Assembly: GCA_012026655.1 (NCBI GenBank)
Contig: JAAILG010000001.1
Coordinates: 248,001-312,000, forward strand
From: Hydrolagus affinis
Lineage: Eukaryota
Direction of reading: 5' to 3'
DNA length: 64,000 nt
Shown here: one piece after another, positions 36,895 to 50,371 of the stretch
Numbering within the stretch: position 1 is the stretch's first letter
Layout of the letters: each line of letters opens with the position of its first letter
Translations under genes and position numbers: made by a program
Notes under the pieces: generated by a model
Databases searched by the model: none
The model's input: only the letters and a program-made list of their open reading frames with translations
Told to the model about the DNA's origin: nothing

Positions 36895-37172
36895 TTGCAT
36901 CCACACATTCTGTTTATCTAGCAGTAAGCAGGAAAACGGTTGTTAGTCAATTGGTGGATTGCTTTTATGGGGGTAATAATTCCTTCCAATTTTTTTAAAT
37001 AATAATTGGTCATTTCAAACAACGACTGTTTGTGGTACATTGCTGTGCACAATTGGCTGCCACGTTTCACCCACAAAATGTACAGTCAATCCACTTTACC
37101 ATATATTCTCTGAAGCGCTTTGAGATGTTCCACAGATGTGATAAGATGATCAAATGCAAGAATTGTTATTAC
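36895..37172 (+). mobile_element. Deu SINE, head-truncated long form
   Basis: ccacacattctgtttatctagcagtaa...ggtcatttcaaac..gactgtttgtgg...aagcgctttgagatg...caaatgcaag. Confidence 0.8.
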
Positions 37173-37521
37173 AGTATTATTCAACGCACTTCTTTATTTT
37201 TAATAATATGTTCAATTCATACAGGACTCACAATTTGTCCTCCACAGTGCAATAACTTACTTTTATAGCTGTCTAACTCTCTTTGTTACAAATAGCAATA
37301 CTGCATGATCTTTTTCTTCATCTCAGTAATTTTATTGTGATAAAAATGTAAATCCTGATTTATCTTCAATGTGATAATCCACTGATTATGCAACAAATTG
37401 CAGATAAAGAGGTATGTGAATTTATTAATAGAGGCAACATGATGAGAAGTAACAGTATAGCACATTATATGGAAAATACGGGACTAGCAGCAGACTGCAT
37501 AACACACAAGTGAGATGTTAA

Positions 37522-37950
37522 ATCATAATAATAATAAACCTTTTATTTGATATAGCACCGGATCACATTGTCGAGACATCTCAAAGCACTTCACACTGGA
37601 ATGAATGATGTACTTCACTTTAACATCTCAGCCAAAGAGTGGTACCACTAGCAATGAGGCACGCATCCAGCACTACATTGGACAGTCAGCCAAGAATAAT
37701 TTACATAAATCTTTCACAAATCAAAAATATTCAACGAAGAAAACATTAAAACCACACTACTGATCGAACACTGCCTTATCTACACTGGTGCAAATGTTAG
37801 TTTAGCCCCTTATTGACGGCCACTTACGGTCTGCGGGCCAAAGGCAGGCCACTATTGACCTTGACTATGAGGCTGATGTCTGATGAGGGACTTGATCCCA
37901 CAGCCTCCTGACTCAAGAATTGAGAATGTGACTAACTGAGCCAGACTGAC
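37522..37950 (-). mobile_element. Fragmented DeuSINE (tail, Deu 5' part and tRNA-like head)
   Basis: Tail at 37522-37597, Deu-like segment at about 37615-37692, head gggacttgatcccacagcctcctgactc...actaactgagcca at about 37885-37945. Confidence 0.6.
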
Positions 37951-37999
37951 GCCTCTATTGTTTGTGAAGTGGATGTCATCATCTGAGTCAAGCCTGGTT

Positions 38000-38395
38000 T
38001 TATATACAAGAAGCCAGATGTGATTGTGGTCCTGTCAAAATGCTGAGATATAGTGTGTCTTGTCTGTTTTTAATTTTTTTTTCCTATTTTCTGCAAGCAC
38101 TGACAGTGTCCATTCTTTATATGTGGGTGTCAGTGGAGTATTTAGTGATGGGAGAAATCACTATTGAGTTGAATCCAGTCCTTGCCCGATATGGGTATGC
38201 ACATTTTCACTTTTAACTAAAACAAGTTTTTTCACTATTCCTATCCAAGTGCACTGAGCCCACTTGTTACATCCCACGGTTTCCCCAATCAGCAATCATT
38301 GACCTCAGTAGAATTCAGATTTTGAACCTGGAACCCTCCAAGTCTATATATTCATTTTCTCACTAATCAACAACGATACCAATTGAACCATCAAG
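38000..38395 (-). mobile_element. Ancient tRNA-derived SINE (MamSINE1-like)
   Basis: Same family as 61185-61440 and 62020-62395. Head on the minus strand (tgaacctggaaccctccaagtct...ccaattgaaccatc on +). Confidence 0.5.
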
Positions 38396-40679
38396 AGCTA
38401 ATTAGTATTAGTCATTTCTGCAGACGTTGCCCATCTTACTCAATATCTTAACCCACATCAACATGTGATACCATGATCAGCTTCTAGGTTTGTTGTGAAA
38501 ATGTTAAAACTAAAGCACAGAAAACAGTGAATGAACTGAATAAAAATGAAACATGTGCAGTGTAAATAATTTATACCAATATACCAGCAGGGGTCACTCA
38601 AACAATAACTTCCTATCATGACCTTTCCCCTGGTCTTTTCCAATATCTTTCATGCCCATTGCGTGTGCAAATAACTTTTTCTTAGGTACATAGGTCCAAA
38701 ATTGAATATCTAATGAAATGCTACATAATTCCTTATTTTGAAGACTAGAGAAACTGCAACAAGAAACTGCAACGGAATAAAGGCATTGTTTGGTTTTCAA
38801 AATCCATTGCATAACAAAACATCTACTGTGCATTCAATGCATAAATATAGAATCCCAGTTGCATATTGCAGTTCAATATTTTGAAATAACCATAACTTAA
38901 TGTGCACCTATTCTCACTATTGATCAAAATATTGTAATTATACTGGATCCTTAACGTCAATCATTAAAAACGAAGAATAAAAGAAAAGTATGTTTAAGTG
39001 GATGATTTACAATGATTTCATGCTTTTTGAGATATTTTGCTTTGTGATATACTCAAGTCAAAATATCATTTCATGTATTATTAATACATCACAAAAATGC
39101 TGAAAATCATGATTATGCATGGAAAAGAGGAGTTATTGAATAAAAAAAGATCAGGTCAAGGGTTCTGCATAAAATTCTTAATGCTTGCCAGCTTAAAAAT
39201 CATTCATCAACCGCAACAGCATTTAACAGTGATTTTACCATTAAATGAAGAAAGTATGATGAATCACATGCAAACAATTATTCTTTATCATATTTTAGGA
39301 TACTGAGCTTCTGAAGTAAGTGAAATAAAAGCTGTTATTCTGGTTCAAAATACAAGATTGAATAAGGTGTCTGAATAAAGATGTGTATTATGACTTTCTT
39401 TAATATTTAAGTCAGACATTCATTGATTTGTTTCTTCTTTTCAGCAGACCTTGACAACATGATAAAATAAATCATAAAAATAAAATATAGTGGTAACATC
39501 GTTTATGGACTTCATATAGTCATCAATCTCTGGCCATGAGTGAATTACCAGTGCAGCCAAAGATCTATGTTTCCTGGGTTCCAACCGCATACTATCAAGA
39601 GTTTTTTTTCCACAGCTACTTCCAATGCTAGTGACTGATAAGTATCATTATTGTTTTGTGAGAGCCTATTTTATAGGATCTCAGGAAGTGTTGGCATATG
39701 TTTCCAAAGGACAGGTTTCATCAACCTTCTTTCAGGTTAAAGTCAACATGTATGCACATATAAGGAATTTAATGAGATTCCCCAGCTGTGGAGTGCTAAA
39801 GTCAGTGGCATGCCATGGCAATATGTAGGAGGCCTTCTGCTGAATTTCTGTGTGAGTCTGAATTAAAATTAACCCCGTGTGCTTCACATATGTTCAAAAT
39901 ATCATGTAGATACTCAACAATCTACCTGTATGTGAAACATCAAAGAATGGCAATTGAATTTGACAATACGCAGCTAGAAACACCTATATTTACATAATCT
40001 AATCATCACATTTGATACTGGTTCCGAGTAAACTCCTTGAGAGCTCAATATCCTGTGGTACTTTAAAGATTACAGGCATGGTTTCCTCTGCAAAAAGCAT
40101 CTATAACAGTACATGGTATTTAACAACAGAGAATTTCAGCAATGTTATGTAACGTTATTGTGTGTTTGCAGCAAAACGTTGATTCTAATTTGACTTCAAT
40201 GTGCAATCAAGGCAATCTAAATCCTTAGGTTTTTCATTTAGCATTAAAGTGCCATAACTGTAGTCAGGGTTAAAAGTTGGTGATGCAAAACATAGCATAT
40301 AGTCAAGACAAAGAGTAAAAAGACAGATTAAGTAGTGTTAAGGGTTGCCAGAGTTCCTTGATGAAGACCCTGTCTCGAACTCGAAATAAAGTTAGTAGTA
40401 CGATGTTTTGCAATTAATTTGATTCTGATCTCTTAACTCCTGGAATTTCACTGACTGTTTGTTACACCCTGTATTCCAATATTGTATTCCAATACAAGGT
40501 GTGATTCAAATTGCTCTTTTATGAATTTATGTTTGTTTGGAATAAGCAATTGGATATCATTTTCAGTGAGCTATTAATATTGACTCCTGAGTTATACATA
40601 CAAAATTTTGTCGGTAACTGGAAATGTGTCACACTGACCCACAGGATCTCTGCAGTCTTACTCTGGATCGATTCATTTA

Positions 40680-41069
40680 GTGGCTCTCATGCATCTGTGT
40701 GTTCAAGCCCCATATTGCTCAGGCATTTGTGCTCAGACCTATGTTAACACTCCAGTGCAATATTAGGGAGTACTGCATTATCGGAGGTGCTGTATTTTGG
40801 ATCAAATGTTAAACCAAGGACCATGCTCCCTGTTCACGCATACATTAAAGACACCTTGGGACGTTCTTGGGTCGCTGTCACATCAGGAGAAACAATTTCT
40901 TAAATTTTTTTAATGAAATTGGTTACTCAATTCGCAACTGTTTGTGAGACACGGCTGTACACAATTGGCTACAGTGTTTTGCCCACAAAATATACAGTCA
41001 ATTCACTTTATAGTATAGTGCTTTATGAAGCGCTTTGAGACGTCACAATCAAATCAAGGATTATTATTA
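40680..41069 (+). mobile_element. DeuSINE with the longer Deu domain (SacSINE1/AmnSINE1-related)
   Basis: acactccagtgcaatattagggagtactgcattatcggaggtgctgtattttggatcaaatgttaaaccaagg is the Deu 5' block, followed by the shared tail. Confidence 0.8.
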
Positions 41070-41794
41070 CACAAATGTAATTTTGTATTGAATTGCATCA
41101 CGATACTGTTTAACAATAGAAGTGGCATCCTGGTGCAAAATATGAAATGTAAGAATAAGTAAGGAATATAATGTCCATTGTTAATGTCTGACCACAAATC
41201 CAAATAGCTAATTTGAAGATATGCATTTACGCAAGATTTTTGAAATGAGAACATGAAATGGTTGCTGCTCAGATAGAATCCCTTCAGGTCGTCAGTCTTT
41301 GGCAAATGGTCGGAGGCTTCCAACCATCCTTTGTTTTGTGACAGGTTTAACTAAATGTTCATTCTCACAGGATATAAACAGTTGAGTGAAATTCTTGATA
41401 TGATTTATACCAGTTGTATTGTAACAGATATCACCTCTCAGAACTAAAATAATAGCACCTATGTTCCATTACAGATTGATACAGAACAAGAAATATGGTG
41501 CAATTATCCCTTGAACCTGAGGAAATTCAAATACCACTCTGAGCATGAATTTGGGACGTGACCTAAGTACTGTCCCCCTTCTTGTGCCAAATTAAGCACA
41601 GATGTTTAGTAGCCAAGATGTACGGTTCATTCATCTAAATAGCTCACATGTGATTCACCCAAATGCCATTTTTCCCTGTCAGAAATTGCATGAAGACATG
41701 GGAGCAAAGGGAGAATCTGTGAGCTTGGGAAGAATAGGTTTATATTCTTAGTTTGAAGATAGTTTATATCTTCATTTATTCCCCGTGTGGGAAG

Positions 41795-41880
41795 TGACTT
41801 GTAATCTATTCTGTGAAGCGCTTTGAGACGTCTCGAAGAAGTGATGAGGTGCTACATCAAATGCAAGATTATTATTATAT
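41795..41880 (+). mobile_element. SINE 3' tail
   Basis: tattctgtgaagcgctttgagacgtc...gctacatcaaatgcaag(att)n. Confidence 0.85.
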
Positions 41881-42397
41881 TTAATCAACATTTCTTTCAA
41901 GGTTTTCTTTCTTTGTTCAGATTTGTGAATTCCATAAAGCATTTCAAATATGTTTTGGGGAAAGATGACATAATGGAAATATAATGTCTCTGGGGTCCAT
42001 AATACTGGATTATAATAAAACCTACTGGACCGGCCTTCAACAGTACATCGGTTTGTAGAATCTTCAGGTTCAATAGCCCATTGAGAGAACAATGAAATTA
42101 AAGAATATTTTTTGTGATGCCCTCCATCATTCATACATCAGATGGATTTTTATATCAACCTTCCCCTATTTTCTCAATTTCCTCAATAAACAATCTTGCT
42201 TGATATCATTGGAAAGCCTTTTGCATGTTTCATAGTTGATGCATCTAGTGATACACAATGTTTCTTCAGTGAAATTTCAAATGCTAAGGTCATTGCAATC
42301 CTTCAAGGTACATTTCAGATGCCACCACAGTAATGCACAAATTTGAACACAAATATAGAGGGATCAAAATGCTTCAGTAACATATCGGAGGGACTAA

Positions 42398-42600
42398 TTA
42401 TTATAATAACATAATAATCCTTACCTTTATATTGCGCTTTCCACGTCTTATCGACATCTCAAAGCGCTTCACGGAATACAACAACGTCCCAAGGTTGGGA
42501 CCAGAGCAGGGTGGGGATGGGTCATGGTTGGGGGAAGGAAAGTAGGAAAAATTGACTGTAAATTTGTGGGCGAAACGCAATTGCAATCATTATGCAATCC
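42398..42600 (-). mobile_element. SINE 3' part with L2-like insert
   Basis: aataatccttacctttatattgcgct...tctcaaagcgcttcacggaatac...cgtcccaagg...attgactgtaaatttgtgggcgaaacgc. Confidence 0.75.
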
Positions 42601-43329
42601 TTCCTCCCCTTGTTAGTTTCAGTAGTAAACTATTAGCTGTCATAAGCATATCAGTTACAGGATATGAAGGCTTTCCTATATTTGACCCAGATGTTGGTAT
42701 AAATACTATATTGAGTTCATATTCAAAACATAGAAAAATAAAAGAATTTTTAAGCCCATGGGGCAAAACCCAATGTGGTACTTTCTCAGAGGATTGTTTT
42801 TTGTTCACGCATTATGATTGCTATCAAAGCAGAAGGCCTCAGAGGAACACTATATACTGTACCATATACAGTTCAGGAAGAGGAAGTTCTGTATTCTGGG
42901 TAACACTGGGACAGCCACTGCTTTCTCACAGGTTTTCCAAACTCACTCATAAGAGTGTGAAGATGGATAAGATTTTTAATATTCTAGTCACAACCAAACA
43001 TCTGTTATGCTTAATTGATAGGTAGACACACAATTTAAAAATGCATCTCAAAGTGAGCAAGCCAATAAAATTGAACATTTTCCATATCTATTAATCATCC
43101 TTATTGCAACAAGCAGAAGTCAATGCTGCATTCACGATCACTGTATAAAATCAACTAATACTAGGAGAATAAAAAGTAAAGTTTCTTCTATGGAGAGGCC
43201 AATGATTTTCCCCCACTCCCGTCCCTTTCTTTCAAAACTGTAAATATTATTACATTTTTATGTGTCACAAGATTGGTTTGGATGAAGTATGTACACAAGA
43301 GAGCTTGGTGGTTCAAACTAGGAGATGAA

Positions 43330-43690
43330 ACACTAACTTTGGGATCCTGATGTGCACACCAGCTGCCACGAATTCAATGACAAAAACTAACCAGAGATCT
43401 CAAACTAAACATGCAGTGGATTGCTGATCGATTAGTACCCACTAACTGAACAATCTCAAAAATTCTAAATGTACCCTTAGGCTTCTTTTCTTATTGATTA
43501 GAAGCGCACACCACTAACTGGGAATTAAATAATTCCAGCCCTTTCCTTATTGACTACAAGTGTAGGTTGACTCTGAAAGTAACCAGGGAGTTCAACAACT
43601 TTGCTTATTGATTCGATGCAAAGAACTGTTAACTAAGAAAAACTAACTGGGAAATTCTAAATTTCCCAATAAACTACTTATTGATCATAA
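43330..43690. repeat. Degenerate ~55-70 bp tandem array of alternating ACTAAC and CTTATTGA motifs
   Basis: ACTAAC at 43332, 43386, 43441, 43513 and 43642 (AGTAAC variant at 43578). CTTATTGA at 43490, 43546, 43604 and 43677. Confidence 0.7.
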
Positions 43691-44113
43691 GTTGCTGTGA
43701 TTTAATAGATTGCACAGTGTATATAAGATAACTATGCATACGGAACAATGCCTAAATGGGATAGATTAATTAAGAAGTAGTCTAATTTCAAGATTTGTTT
43801 ACTGCATGCTGTATGCATAATACTGTATGCAGTTTCCATAATTAATCCTTACTGACTCATTGAGGTTTCAACATGAAGCCAAGGTGCTGTGTAATGTCAA
43901 TCATATTGTATCTGTTGCTTTAAGAATGAGCTATTATGATACCATCCAGTAGGTAGTTTCTGTGTGGATAAAAACATAAAATTTCCCACAATTCTGTACT
44001 TCAAACATGATTTCCATTCCTTCAAAGGAAGCATTCTCTTTTCTCTTTGGCAACAAAGGAAACATTATACACTGAAAAATTGCCCTTATATTCTGTAATG
44101 TTCAATGTTTTAT

Positions 44114-44228
44114 AATAAGATAATAATTCTTACCATTGATACACCATATTATCTCATTGTTGAGACGTCTCAAAGCTCTTCACAGAATATACTGTAAAGT
44201 GAACTGATTGTGGGATTTGTGGGCAAAG
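44114..44228 (-). mobile_element. SINE 3' tail
   Basis: gagacgtctcaaagctcttcacagaatatactgtaaagtgaactgatt. Confidence 0.8.
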
Positions 44229-44299
44229 CATTCTGTTAACACTAGTTAAATTTTCACTACTCAAAAACTCCCTAGCAGTATCAAACAGCACATCTTAAA

Positions 44300-44490
44300 C
44301 CCCCCACTGTTCCCAAGCAAATACTTATCCATTTTATTTTGAAGGAATTAATTAACACGGTTGATGCAGCATCAATTGCTTTTGTTGGGGGTCTGTCCAA
44401 CATAACCAGTACCCTGTTGGGAAACAAATTCTTCTAATCTCCAATCCTGCTTACGCCTGTTTAGTTTCAACTCTTTGCTCTTGAGTTCTG
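44300..44490 (-). mobile_element. CR1 LINE 3' fragment
   Basis: aaatacttatccatttt...gaaacaaattcttctaatctcc...tttagtttcaactctttgctcttgagttct is the reverse of the ORF2 end. Confidence 0.6.
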
Positions 44491-45294
44491 GTGTGGCAAA
44501 CTAATACAACTGAGAGTAAAACTAAAGTAGAACAAAGCATAAACAAAAAGCAAACATGTCCAGCTATTCTTGACATATCCTAAGAGTGTTAACTGGAGTG
44601 ATGAGGAATGTTGTGATGTTAAGATGTTGGGGTTTAATGGCTAAAAGCATATCACAAAGAAAGACAGAAAGAATTGAGAATGCAAGACCATTCACCAAAC
44701 TGTGGTTAACTCCAAGCAAGAAACTATTTCTGGAACAGGAACCCTGACATTGACTGCCATTTGCAAACAATATGAATAACTGTGACTATCAACTACAGGG
44801 ACTGGCAATTCCAAAGAATTACTAGAGATGACTTTCTTTTTTTAGTAGTTCCGTGAGCAGCACCAACTAAAACAAGAGACCTGATTTGTACTAGTCTTGT
44901 TTTGCATCACAATGGGATAGAAAACTAACACCAGACATTGTAAAGCATACCTTGAAAGTTCTTGTGCCACTGCGTCACTCAAAGGCTTTCAAGGGACCAA
45001 GAACTAGCAGAACAAAATTTGTTTTGCATCACCACAAATAGTGGAACAGCCAGCCATTCCTGTGACCATCTCCTTCAGGTAGTTAATTCAGGGCTGAAAC
45101 ATAATTCAGGCTATTTCACCTCTTTTCTGGCCCATGCATGAAAAAATGACCTGCAGCTGTATTGAATGCATGGGGTTGAGGGGGTGTCGCAGATAAAGAA
45201 ACTGACCATTGTTTTATGAATTTCTAGTTCTCTTACAGATTGCTGCTACAATGTCATCGTTTCATCCTTACTTTCCATGGTGTTTTCTAGTCAA

Positions 45295-45399
45295 GTACAG
45301 TATAGTCAATTCTCTTTACAGCATATTCTGTGAAGTGCTTTGACACATCTAAAAGATGTAAAAAAAAACTATATCAATCCAATTATTATTATTTTATTA
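45295..45399 (+). mobile_element. SINE 3' tail
   Basis: agtcaattctctttacagcatattctgtgaagtgcttt...ctatatcaat..(att)n. Confidence 0.8.
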
Positions 45400-45505
45400 T
45401 CCTGAGGTCTACCTCAGATTATTTTTAATAGCTCTAATTTTCATGTTGGTGATTGTAATTTGCACAATCTCCCAATGATCTACATAACTGGCATATCGGG
45501 TGCAA

Positions 45506-45805
45506 ATAATAATAATACTAAACCTTGCATTTGATATGTTATAGTGCTTTTCATGTCTTCTAGATGTCTCAGAATATTCTGTAAATTGAATTGACTGTAC
45601 CTATGTAGGTGAAATGCAGCAGTCATTTGCACATAGCAGTGACTCACAAACAGTTGTGGATTGAAGTGACCAATTTATTTATTTTTTCTTGAGGGATTAT
45701 TATCAGGCACATGGAGTAAGGAAACTTGCCCAAGGTTGTGCCCTGTTGGGAATCAAACCCTGATCTCTTACTTGTAAGGCGAGTGCTCTAACCACTGAGG
45801 ACTCC
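45506..45805 (-). mobile_element. Full-length tRNA-derived Deu SINE
   Basis: Reverse complement begins ggagtcctcagtggttagagcactcgccttacaag and includes gggcaagtttccttactcca, the Deu core and the tail. Confidence 0.9.
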
Positions 45806-47815
45806 GTGAGATGAAGTGAAGAAAAAGCATCACATTTACAGTCAAGTTGTCAAATATACACTTAAATCAAGTTTTTTCCTAATGATGCAGGCATTTAGAA
45901 CCTTTGTCGGAAATAGCACCATAATGGATGTCCAGACAAGTACGATTTGTGCTTGTGTTGTTCTTATTTTGAAAAATATACTTCAACCACTGCTAGCTGA
46001 TGGCTGGCGACTCCCTAAAGCTATGAATGGAGAATAGTGAAGACTGGTAAAATTACAGCACTGCAAAGAAACCCACAGGAGGCTGGAAAGATACAGACCC
46101 AATGGAAGTAAATAACTGCTATAGGCTTTAATGTGCCATTAGAACACCCATGTAGTTAATTAATTGCAGGCAAAAAACACTTGTTACTCAATCAATATTT
46201 TTAGTTAAACCTTTTTAATGTGCCTTGCACCACCATTTTAGTCATTATCTACCATGTTGTTGACACACTAGTGCAAGCTCGCAGGTTTGGGGAGAATATT
46301 TGTCATTACTTACTTAGTCCCATAGGAATTTATACCCAGTGGAGGACAGAACATGGTAGAAATGACATTGTAAACAAAGCATAATAAATTCAATGATTAT
46401 TTGTCTATAAAAATCTAAATCAACAGCTTATGTAGTTGATTAATTGAATAACTGGGGCACCACAAGAAAATCAGTCAATCGTGCTGGTAAAGTGTTTTTA
46501 TTTATGCAGATTTAGTGCATCCTAGTAACTACATCTTGATAAAAAAGCGTTCATTCTCAGCTGGGTATCAGCCAGGAATCGCAGTGTCTTGGTGGGAAAT
46601 TAACTCATTTCAGAGGACAAAGCAGCAGGGGCTCAACAGAAAGTGGTCAGCAAAAGCTTGTTTCAATGCCCATAATTACTGATATGGAAGAAAGCCCTCG
46701 TACATAAGCAATGTTACAGGCAAACATGTTCAGCAATAGTTTTGAGTTTAAAGCTATTGCATTGGGCTTAATACTGAGCACTGTAACATGAGCCTTCTGG
46801 TGACATACAGGCGAGATAAATCTAGATTATTTACAGCAAGTCAGTAGTCAGTAGTCAACCATTTCATTGCCAACAATATTTAAAAATAATAATAATCATT
46901 GCATCACTAAAATGTCTAAAAGTGCTTCACAGGATTTAGCATAGAGTGTAGTGACCTCATATTGGAAGGCAAACTTTGTAAGACTTTGCATCTGATGCAG
47001 AAAAACACATAAATAGAAATGACAATTACCAGGCTAACCAGAACTGAAGGGTTTCAACTGACTTCAAAAAAACATGAGATTAAAGTGTGTTTTACATAGA
47101 CCATTTGAATTTGAAGGGTGTACTATAGCCTTTAACATGCTCTCGGCTCTGTAGTATTTTATATAATAGATTAAAATATTAGTATTTCCAGCAGCAGGAA
47201 AAAGGCCTGATCTCTGAACAGGATTGTAATGCAGTGACACGAGTAAAGAATATTATGTAAATACTGTAACTTTAGGCAGATTTGCCGTAAACCACTCAAT
47301 GTACTTCATATTTATAGCATCACAAGGCTACTATTCTGGAGGATGTGAAGTACAGTAATTAATTATTCCAGACTGATTAAACTACATCAAACCATGTCAC
47401 ATGCTATAACACTGGATTATTTGCAAAATGTAATTTTAGTGGCAAGTGAATTTAAAACAAGTACTCCAAAAGCCCTTTAGCAGTCATGAGATCAAGAAAT
47501 AAAATAATTTGGAAAGAGAAAAAGTGCTAAGCCTGCAGTGAGTATTCACAATACATATGAATGAATATATGGCATGACATCTGCATGATTAATATTATTT
47601 TATCTGAGGGTTCAAAATGCACATGTGCAAATGGAGTAGAATTAAATTCTTCCCAGTGCTATTATTTTCTCCAGGAACACGTAGATTTCACAGACAAAAA
47701 AAGTGGATACAACTTCAATAATTATTAAGATCATAAACCTAGGATTTCATCTGTAACATAATATACTGTACAAATTGATGAGTACGTGAACATGGAGAGG
47801 TGTGTCGAGTAATTG

Positions 47816-47938
47816 TAATAATAATAAAATAATTAATAATCCTTGCATTTAATATAGATTCTTTCATGCTGGGTGGATCTTTCAAACTGCTTAGTGGGAT
47901 TCACTATAAAACATGGTGACTGTGTATTTGTAGGTGAA
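47816..47938 (-). mobile_element. SINE 3' tail, degenerate
   Basis: aataatccttgcatttaatatag...gactgtgtatttgtaggtgaa. Confidence 0.65.
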
Positions 47939-48045
47939 TAAAATAATAAACAGCAACAGTGCTTCCTAACTTATTGACTTCCAAAGTTACTATTGCCTTG
48001 TACAGCTGTAGCCGTTTGTTTTCCCACCGCACATTTTACGGCTAC

Positions 48046-48105
48046 AGCAACAACAACAAAATTACATTTATAGAGCGCCTTTCACGTCGGGAGGACGTCC
48101 CAAGG
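48046..48105 (-). mobile_element. L2 3' tail
   Basis: (caa)n attacatttatagagcgcctttcacgtcgggaggacgtcccaaggc. Confidence 0.8.
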
Positions 48106-48109
48106 CTAA

Positions 48110-48480
48110 CCTGAAGAGGGAGAGCTGCATTCCATCGACGTGCTTATGGTACGAAACTTCTGCAGAAAAATTATTTATGGCAAGTGTAGGATTCCCAAGA
48201 GATGCGCAGGATTCCTTTATTCTTAAGAAATCAAATGTCACAGTGCTCTTTCAAAAGAGAAAGAGGGTGGCTGTCTGGTTCCTGGGAGGTATGAACATGG
48301 TGGCTGATGGCTTTAATGCACAATCCCACACCCAAGCAGACAAGAGGTACAATCAAGCAAATCAGGGCCCTCATCCCAGAGAGCTTTGGGGGTACTAAAG
48401 CAATATTTCCAATGTGGGCAACAGGATAGGTTCAAGTTCAAGGTGGTCTCCAGTGAGTAGTTTTTCCAGCGAGCTGTGCA
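48110..48480 (+). mobile_element. Degenerate Harbinger (HARBI1-like) transposase catalytic region
   Basis: LHSIDVLMV / FPRDAQDSFILKKSNV..LF....WFLG / ADKRYNQAN / RALGVLKQYFQC, collinear with HSxNVQxV..FPGSxHDSFILxxS..WLLGD..ExxYNxAH..ERAFGxLKxRFRC. Several frameshifts. Confidence 0.75.
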
Positions 48481-50371
48481 ATTGAGCACTGTTATTTTCA
48501 TATGGATATATTTAGCTATGGTAATGCTATTTGCTCATGATTGACATTTTATTCTAGACACTACTAAAAGATGAGTGGTTGAGTGATACATTGAAATGTA
48601 TTGTGTTTTGTTCAATTGTACCATGCTGATAGTGTTCACATTTATTGTGGCTGCCCAATATCAACTTCTCTCTGATGGCTGTTATGTGATCGATTCAATA
48701 GGATTTACAAACATTGCAAGTTATACAGCACAGATTAACAAAAAAAAACCTTGTCTACATTTTGGCAAGTTGGTCACCTCAGTTGAAACCAGAAACTGTG
48801 TTTTTCCCTTTAAAGTTTCACCCTAACCGTATCTGCAAAATCATGTGTGATTTTGCTATTTTGTTTCGCATGAATCCCAGACAATAGGGTGTACCATGCA
48901 TCAATCACTATAAATAATAACTTTTCATTGCACAAGTTTTAATGAGAAATCACAAAGTTAGCAATGCATGGAACAAGAACAAGAATAACATATAGCACCA
49001 TTCACATAGGATAGCAACTCAGAGATGAAATCAGTAGAGTCCAGATGGAAAAGAACCAACAGAGTGAGTGAAGCAATCACTTCAGTTAGGTGTAAGATCA
49101 GATGAAGATTTCTTATGCCTAAGATCTAAGATGTGAACCACAAGTATATGTCAAGGGAAGCTTGATATAACCATTGAAATTGTCCTAAACATTGATCTAA
49201 AAGGCTCCAGCAATGGTTAATGTAAACATCTTAGTGCACATCTACAAGGCCAATGATTCAAATGCCACAGCATCTACTTGCACTGAGGGAGAGGAAAAGA
49301 AAACTGGAACTCGATGGAGCAGAGTATGAAATGATTGCAGTATTTCAAGGGCCTTGGTTACATCATGTGTTATAGTCTCCTACGGAAAACATCTTGTCTT
49401 TGGTACCTGTCTTTAGATTTTATTACTGTTTAATATTTAAAATGTTAAATAATGCTTAAAGTAGATACATTTCTAATGTATTGGGCAATGAAGTAGCAAA
49501 CCAGTATAATTTATTGTTATTGGATTCAGACTCCACATTACAGGTGCTCTAAAATACTAACAATAAATACAACAGGCAAAGCCTTATATCATCCTCATCA
49601 CATTGACAAAAGGAAATAGGGCTCTTCAATATGCTGTCAATTTCCCTGTATTCTTTTCCCAAATGCTATAAAAAGTTACTAAACCAAACATCACTGAAAC
49701 AATGTAGGGCCCAAGATTATTTTCCATTCAAATGTTGTAAATCACACATTCAAAGGATTGATCCATATTCACAGCTCCCATCAACGTTGCTCCCTTCTGA
49801 AATGGACACTAAAATATTTAGTGACAAGGAAGGAAAAGGCTAATTTAGCTTATTCAGCCTTAGTAAAGGTATTTAAGAAGGAACTCTTTCAGCATTGAAC
49901 AGGCTCAGAGGGCATTTCAGAAAGTGTATAATTAACACCAGGTTTGACCAAACACAAGTGAGTTTAATAAATGGCAGAATTTGAAGCATCACCATATAGA
50001 AAAGTGAATGGTAAAGAGGTGTTTGCTAATTGGGAACATGGATCATAATAATAATAACAGTATCATTAGATGTATAGTAATTGTTAGAATATTGCAGTGG
50101 AGGGGGAGAAAGAAAGAACATCAGACATATTGCAAATTGGACACTATTTTGCAATTTATTTCACTACGCTAATTCATGCAAATTGTCATTTATCTTAATT
50201 TTATTTTCATTCAGGTTTGAAAATGCCTCTGTATTTTCAGATCTGTCTCAAACCATTTCACTATTAAAAAAAAACCTGAATTTGAAATAATTGTTTACAT
50301 AAATGTATTTTCTCCCCAATTTAACCTTGCACTTCATCATTCCAATTGTTAAAGCAATACAGCTTCTGATT

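Noticed and set aside
42552-43025. 157-aa ORF
   Set aside because: Starts inside a SINE fragment; composition is random-like with no motif.
43330-43690. CRISPR-like repeat-spacer array
   Set aside because: Shared motifs are only 6-8 nt, spacing is irregular, the context is vertebrate and there are no cas genes. Kept as a motif array instead.
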